64,000 nucleotides of DNA from Andalucia godoyi And28. Its lineage: Eukaryota; Protista; Jakobida. Numbering within the stretch: position 1 is the first letter of the stretch; each line of letters begins with the position of its first letter. The notes under the pieces are model-generated. The model had not been told where the DNA came from, did not search any database, and was given only the letters and a program-made list of their open reading frames with translations. The translations under genes and the position numbers were made by a program. Of this stretch, positions 59,256 through 64,000 are shown piece by piece. The DNA lies in contig VRVR01000015.1 of NCBI GenBank assembly GCA_009859145.1, positions 237,705 to 301,704 of the forward strand. Reading direction: 5' to 3'.

Positions 59256-60029
59256 CTAAATGCTCCTGATGATGCCTCCCTCAACTTTCAAGGCCGATCC
59301 ATTTACCGCTGCATTTTCCACCAAAAAGACAGCTGCGGAAGCAATTTCTTCTGGCTCGATGAACCTCTGGACCAACGAAGTCCGCTCCTCAACGGTGAAG
59401 TACTCTTCGGTGACCTCTTGGACAGTCCTTGAAGTCTGACGAGCAATTCCTTCAAGATACTCCTGCACGCCCTCGGTCCAAGTCGGCCCCGGAAGCAGCG
59501 AGTTGACGGTTACTTTGGTTCCCTTTGTAGTCTCTGCAAGACCACGGGCCAAGCTCACCTGCGCAGCTTTCGTCACGGAATAGTGGATCATGCGTTCTTT
59601 GGGACGGAGCGCGACTTCCGAGGACACAAAGATTATTCTTCCGAAATTCCGAGCCAACATTTTGGGCAGACAGGCACGCGACAACCGAACACCTGACATC
59701 ACGTTTGTGTTGAAAAAGTGAAGCCAGTCCTCATCAGTAATGTCAGCAAAGTCCTTCGTTTCAAAGATCCCCATGTTGTTGATCAGCACATCGACATCAC
59801 CATGCTTGTCAACCTGGGACAGCACCGAGGCAACGCCTTCCGCAGTCGAAATGTCACCGACAACTGCATACGTCTGTTCGAGATGACCCAGTTTCCTCCG
59901 AGCAGCATCCACTCGATCCGCAGACCGACCATGAATCCCAACTCGGTGACCCTTTTCAATCAATGCCTTTGCAATCGAGTACCCAATTCCAGCCGTGGAT
60001 CCCGTCACCACTGCATGCAAGTTCGACAT
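59256..60029 (-). CDS. Classical short-chain dehydrogenase/reductase (SDR), bacterial-like
   Basis: TGSTAGIG cofactor motif, NNMGIF, NVMSGVRLSR, SS, YSVTK catalytic YxxxK, VTVNSLLPGPTWTEG and NGSALKVEGGIIRSI. Confidence 0.95.
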   Translation of the reverse strand: MSNLHAVVTGSTAGIGYSIAKALIEKGHRVGIHGRSADRVDAARRKLGHLEQTYAVVGDISTAEGVASVLSQVDKHGDVDVLINNMGIFETKDFADITDEDWLHFFNTNVMSGVRLSRACLPKMLARNFGRIIFVSSEVALRPKERMIHYSVTKAAQVSLARGLAETTKGTKVTVNSLLPGPTWTEGVQEYLEGIARQTSRTVQEVTEEYFTVEERTSLVQRFIEPEEIASAAVFLVENAAVNGSALKVEGGIIRSI

Positions 60030-60361
60030 GTGTTTTTCCCGGTTTTCTGTGTTCTTCTTCTTGTTGGTTGGTTCCTTTTTCTTTTTTTTTTGTTTGTTGA
60101 GCGAATCCTTTTTTGCAATTGCAAAACACTATATGAACATTGCAACAAAAAAATAATTAAATAAATTATAAAAAACTAAAGGTAGGAGGCGGAGAAACAG
60201 GTTCGACAATCTCGCTGCTTTTGCAGTCACTTTTCCACCAATGCGCAAAAAAGTAGAACAGGCAAAACGACGCCAGGAAGACCAAAAATATGTTTTTATT
60301 TAATTAATAAACACTTTGTTTTTCCGTTCTCGAGCCGGGGGAGAGAGGAGTGGGGAGGCTC

Positions 60362-61633
60362 TTACGCGACAGCAGCGATACGGATGGACTCGATGACCTG
60401 CATTGCAATGGTCGAATGCTTATACACCTCGCCGTGAAACTCTCTGGTGGCATCCTTTCCAACATACGCATACACAACCTGCTCGCCGCCGGGGTGCATT
60501 TCTGCCCATTCGTGCACGTCGACGACGAAGCCATCGACAATCATCAGTTTCTCGCCCTGCTGCACTCGCGCGTCCATTTCCGATCGAGTCATTATAGGCA
60601 TCTTTCCAGGTGCGACCTTGTGGGCGCGCTTCTTGAGGGCATCGATCTTCTTCTCGACGTCTCTGACTTCTTCGTTGTTTGCCATCCTGTTCTTCATCGT
60701 CATTTCCAATCGCGCACGGTCCAGGACAGTGGCATCAAAACGCTTCAAATTGCTCGCAAGTCCCAAACGAGCAAGCCCGCGAATCAGCCACTTGGTAGGA
60801 TCATATGCCCACCACAGGATTCCGTTTCGAAAATCGTTCGGGAACGAATGGTGGAAATTGTGGTAGCCCTCTCCAAGGGACAAGAACGCAGTGATGATGG
60901 AGTCATACGCCGTGTGAGCATCCGAGTACGGCTTGTCGCCAAAGTAGTGCGCAAGCGAGTTCACAAAGAACGTCGCATGGTGTACAAACACGGCTCTTCC
61001 GATTCCAGCATAGAAGAAGCCACCCCAGGCGTCGTCCCACAATCCACAAACGAGCGCCGGGAACCCAAACGCAAAGAAGAGCGACAAGGGAAGATAGTAC
61101 CGATGCTGCCAGTCGATGATTGCGTTCGACGACAAGTCTGCAACATTAACGCGTCCAATTTCGTTGGGATCCTGCTTTACCAAAAGCCATCCAACATGTG
61201 CATAAAAGAATCCGCGAGTCGCATTGTACGGGTCCTTGTTCGTGTCGACGTATCTGTGATGAGCACGGTGGTTTCTGCACCACCACTTTGCAGAGCCTTC
61301 AAGAGCCGCAGCACCGAAAATTGCCAGCAGCGTCTCTACGACTGGGTGTGCGTCCCATGCACGATGCGACCACAATCGATGGTAACCTGCCGTGATTCCC
61401 ATGCCTGAGCAAAAGTACCAAAACACTGCAAAGCCAAGTGTCGCAATGTGCACTGGAACAAAAAACAGTGCAGACAAAACCGCAAGAGGCGTTAGCGTCA
61501 ACAGCAGCAAGTGGAACCAGTTCACCTGCGCCAATAGCGACTTTGAACTCGACATCGAAGTTCGGGTCCACGCTGTACGGATCTCCGCTTTCAGCCCATC
61601 GGTGCCTTCAAGAATCGAGCGAACATCGGCCAT
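60362..61633 (-). CDS. OLE1: Delta-9 acyl-CoA desaturase with a C-terminal cytochrome b5 fusion (OLE1-type, 423 aa)
   Basis: His boxes HRLWSH, HRAHH and HNFHH, plus FVNSLAH and YDPTKWLI. C-terminal b5 domain VDGFVVDV..W...HPGG...GKDAT..F....H. Start at the ATG at 61633. Confidence 0.95.
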   Translation of the reverse strand: MADVRSILEGTDGLKAEIRTAWTRTSMSSSKSLLAQVNWFHLLLLTLTPLAVLSALFFVPVHIATLGFAVFWYFCSGMGITAGYHRLWSHRAWDAHPVVETLLAIFGAAALEGSAKWWCRNHRAHHRYVDTNKDPYNATRGFFYAHVGWLLVKQDPNEIGRVNVADLSSNAIIDWQHRYYLPLSLFFAFGFPALVCGLWDDAWGGFFYAGIGRAVFVHHATFFVNSLAHYFGDKPYSDAHTAYDSIITAFLSLGEGYHNFHHSFPNDFRNGILWWAYDPTKWLIRGLARLGLASNLKRFDATVLDRARLEMTMKNRMANNEEVRDVEKKIDALKKRAHKVAPGKMPIMTRSEMDARVQQGEKLMIVDGFVVDVHEWAEMHPGGEQVVYAYVGKDATREFHGEVYKHSTIAMQVIESIRIAAVA

Positions 61634-61944
61634 CTTGGAGATTACAGAACAGCGAACTGGAAGGACACTCACAGAGAGAAATAAGAGGGAAAGAGGGAGG
61701 GAGGGAGAGAGAGAGAGAGATTGAAAAACAAAATATAAGTATATGTAATCAAATAACAATTAGGATATAGAAGAAAAAAGAAAACAGACATATAAAAATT
61801 AAAAATGTTGGAGTGGCTTTTATATTATTATTATAAAATTGATGTTGAAAAAGCGCGATCATTTCGGAGTTTTTCAAGCGGCCAATTCACAATTCGGGAC
61901 TCTTCCGAAGTGTCATGTCAGCTGTCACGCCCGCACTTCGCGCA

Positions 61945-64000
61945 CTACTGGAATCCGGTTTCGTCGTTCCCGTCAATCCTCCGCTTCCGGCCTCTGGAAA
62001 CACCTGCTGCGGCGATGCTTACGACAGAGGACGCATTGCTTAGACGCCGGGGTGCAAAACGTTTTGAAAAGGCTATGCAGTGTGTTATGGGATGCGAGCA
62101 GAGCAGTGCTTTTGCAACCCAAAAGTACCCCCCCACTCCTTCCCTGCATTCTGGCCACGCGTGCAAGTTCGAATGTTTTCCACTATTTCCAGTCTGCTGG
62201 GTGCACCCGGCTATCATCTCACTGGCAAATGCCGCCCCACCAAACAGGGAGGAGAGGAAAGGAATGGAGGGGACAGAGGAAGAGAGTTTTTCAGTTACGA
62301 CAGACACGAGCGGGTGGCCGGATGGGGGGACGATTGCGGCGCTTCTGACTTCAGTCCCGTAGCAGTGCTGGAAAGATCTTGTTTTCATTCGAGGACAAGG
62401 GCAACGGTGAGGAGGAGCGCTCGATGGCGGGTGCCGGGGGATTTTCAAGTGGATTTGGAGGCACCGGGATTCAGATGCTGCTGTTTTGTGCAGCTTCAGC
62501 GCGGACGGTGTCCTTTCGAGGTCACTTTTTGCTAGTAGACTCGGTGCAGCGTGCCGCGTACAGGCTGCTTCCGGGTCCACTGGAAACGCGGCACGCGCCG
62601 GGTTGGTGCCTGACGTGCCTTGAGATCCAACGATAGACGGAGGCAGCAGCGGGTTGGCACGCTGCCTTAAACCGAAGCTGCCGTGCGGACTGTTTTTCAC
62701 TTCGTTCAGTGCCATGCTCACAACTTTCTTGTTCTTGTTCTTCTGGACAATGTGGCGGTAGACAGCAAAAACACACAGACCCAGGACGATGAGCGTAAGG
62801 ACAACAAAGACCACCGTGACCACTGGAGAACCCGAACTCGGCCCATCCTCAGAGGAAGTCGCCCCTCGTGCACCGCCTCGTCGAGTTGAAAAGCTGGAGA
62901 AGTGGCGAGTTCGGCACTTGAGAGTTCGGTTGTTCTGCGACACCAGCTGCACTCCAGATTCATCCCATTTTTGTGCGGGCCGTGTTCCAGTAGACGCATT
63001 TCCAGTCATAGGAATGCAAGTCGCTGTCGGCGACAGTGTCGTTTGACAGCACAATCTCAAACACCACTCCGTCTCCGCCAAGGTCCGAAACCGGCGCTTC
63101 CGAGCCGTCGGTGGCCGATCTCACCGAGAACGTCAGCGTTCCACTCGATACTGGACCGTCGTTGCCGCTCTCTCCAGCTGCCGTTGGAAAGATCGAATGT
63201 GGTATCCGGGTGGAGTGGAGAAACACATGCTCGCTGCTGTTTCTGGCTCCAGGACGACTATACAGAAACTGAGACAACGACGAGTTTTTCGATATGGAGA
63301 ATCCATTTTGCGAAACTGATGGACAAACTGTTCTCGGACATCATCTGTGCCTCCGAGGTAAACGCAGAACCCTGCAGCACCCGACTTGGGGTTCCTGGTT
63401 GTAGCGTTGCCACCTTGGCAAACATCAAAGACTCTGTTGCTTGCAGTACTGCAGTTGCGGTGTCTGGCGATGACGAGCTAGTTGTGCTTGAAACCATGGA
63501 GCTGACTACAAATGCTACGTCCGACCACGCCTGTTCTTCAATTCGAAACATCGGATCGGAGGAGATGTCTGTCGAGTAGAATGACTGTGCATGTGTTCTT
63601 TGCTGCTTTGCCATTTGGCAAATACCGTGTTCAGTGCTTGCGAGGATTTCCTGATGTCACTCTCCGGTACGGCATATCTTCTGTGGACGCGCTGTTCGAG
63701 ACGGTGCGCTGTTGATGCGGGATTCCAAAAGGGCATTTTTGCGAGGAACATGCGATAGAAACGTGAATGCAAATTACACAAGACTGAGAAGCAAGTGTCA
63801 AAAAACATGTATATATATATATATAAAACAATGAAAAGAAAGAAAAGGCGCACTGGCCCAAAAAAGCTGCTGTAGATCATTGGATGCACCGTTACTGAAA
63901 CTTCGACTTTCGAAAGAGGTGGAACATCAATTGCCCCTACAAGCACCCAATGCATTCCTCATTTTTCCCCGTCTCACGCTTTTACAGTCCAACAGGACAC
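61945..64000 (-). pseudogene. 3' part of a GPS(GAIN)-motif single-pass membrane protein gene (PKD1/REJ-like architecture), frame-disrupted as assembled
   Basis: Joining frames gives ...YDWKCVYWNTART-KWDESGVQLVSQNNRTLKCRTRHFSSFS (GPS motif), then the transmembrane segment VVTVVFVVLTLIVLGLCVFAVY and a basic stop-transfer RHIVQKNKNKK. This needs +1 shifts at ~63306-63309 and ~62968-62972. The upstream part is also discontinuous, with a probable intron ~63782-63852, and probably continues past the window edge. Confidence 0.55.

Noticed and set aside
60350-61408. 352-aa + strand ORF
   Set aside because: Antisense shadow of the desaturase.
1-64000. tRNA genes, CRISPR arrays, transposases or viral hallmark genes
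   Set aside because: No convincing cloverleaf around the GTTCGA hits I checked, no spaced repeat array, and no such protein motifs. This was by eye only, so tRNAscan-SE/Infernal should confirm.

Overview
This is a gene-dense, intron-poor eukaryotic window using the standard genetic code, with only two clear GT-AG introns. It most likely comes from a free-living, aerobic, flagellated protist: it has a mitochondrial E2 and bS6m, an O2-dependent Delta-9 desaturase and an NPHP1-like transition-zone protein. The exact lineage cannot be determined from the sequence alone. Recognisable housekeeping genes are RPS20, OSTC, DLST, ECD, a CaMKK-like kinase, V-ATPase A, SPT4, WDR83, MRPS6, a rhodanese, a SMYD-like SET protein, BTB and Kelch proteins, and a lone dispersed 5S rRNA gene. 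The outstanding element is an uninterrupted 23.8-kb ORF (22522-46356, 7,944 aa). It looks like a type II membrane protein whose ~7,700-aa ectodomain is built from degenerate Ser/Val/Gly-rich beta-strand modules, with motifs reminiscent of phage-tail-fibre/Bdellovibrio-type trimeric fibres and of sarcoglycans. It also contains an apparently identical, non-tandem 1.68-kb internal duplication. Other oddities are a frameshifted CDGSH (mitoNEET/CISD-like) remnant, a GPS-motif membrane-protein gene broken by +1 shifts at two AAAATGG sites, an EF-hand/NPHP1 fusion, and two intronless bacterial-looking oxidoreductases. All family assignments come from motif recognition by eye, not from database searches.
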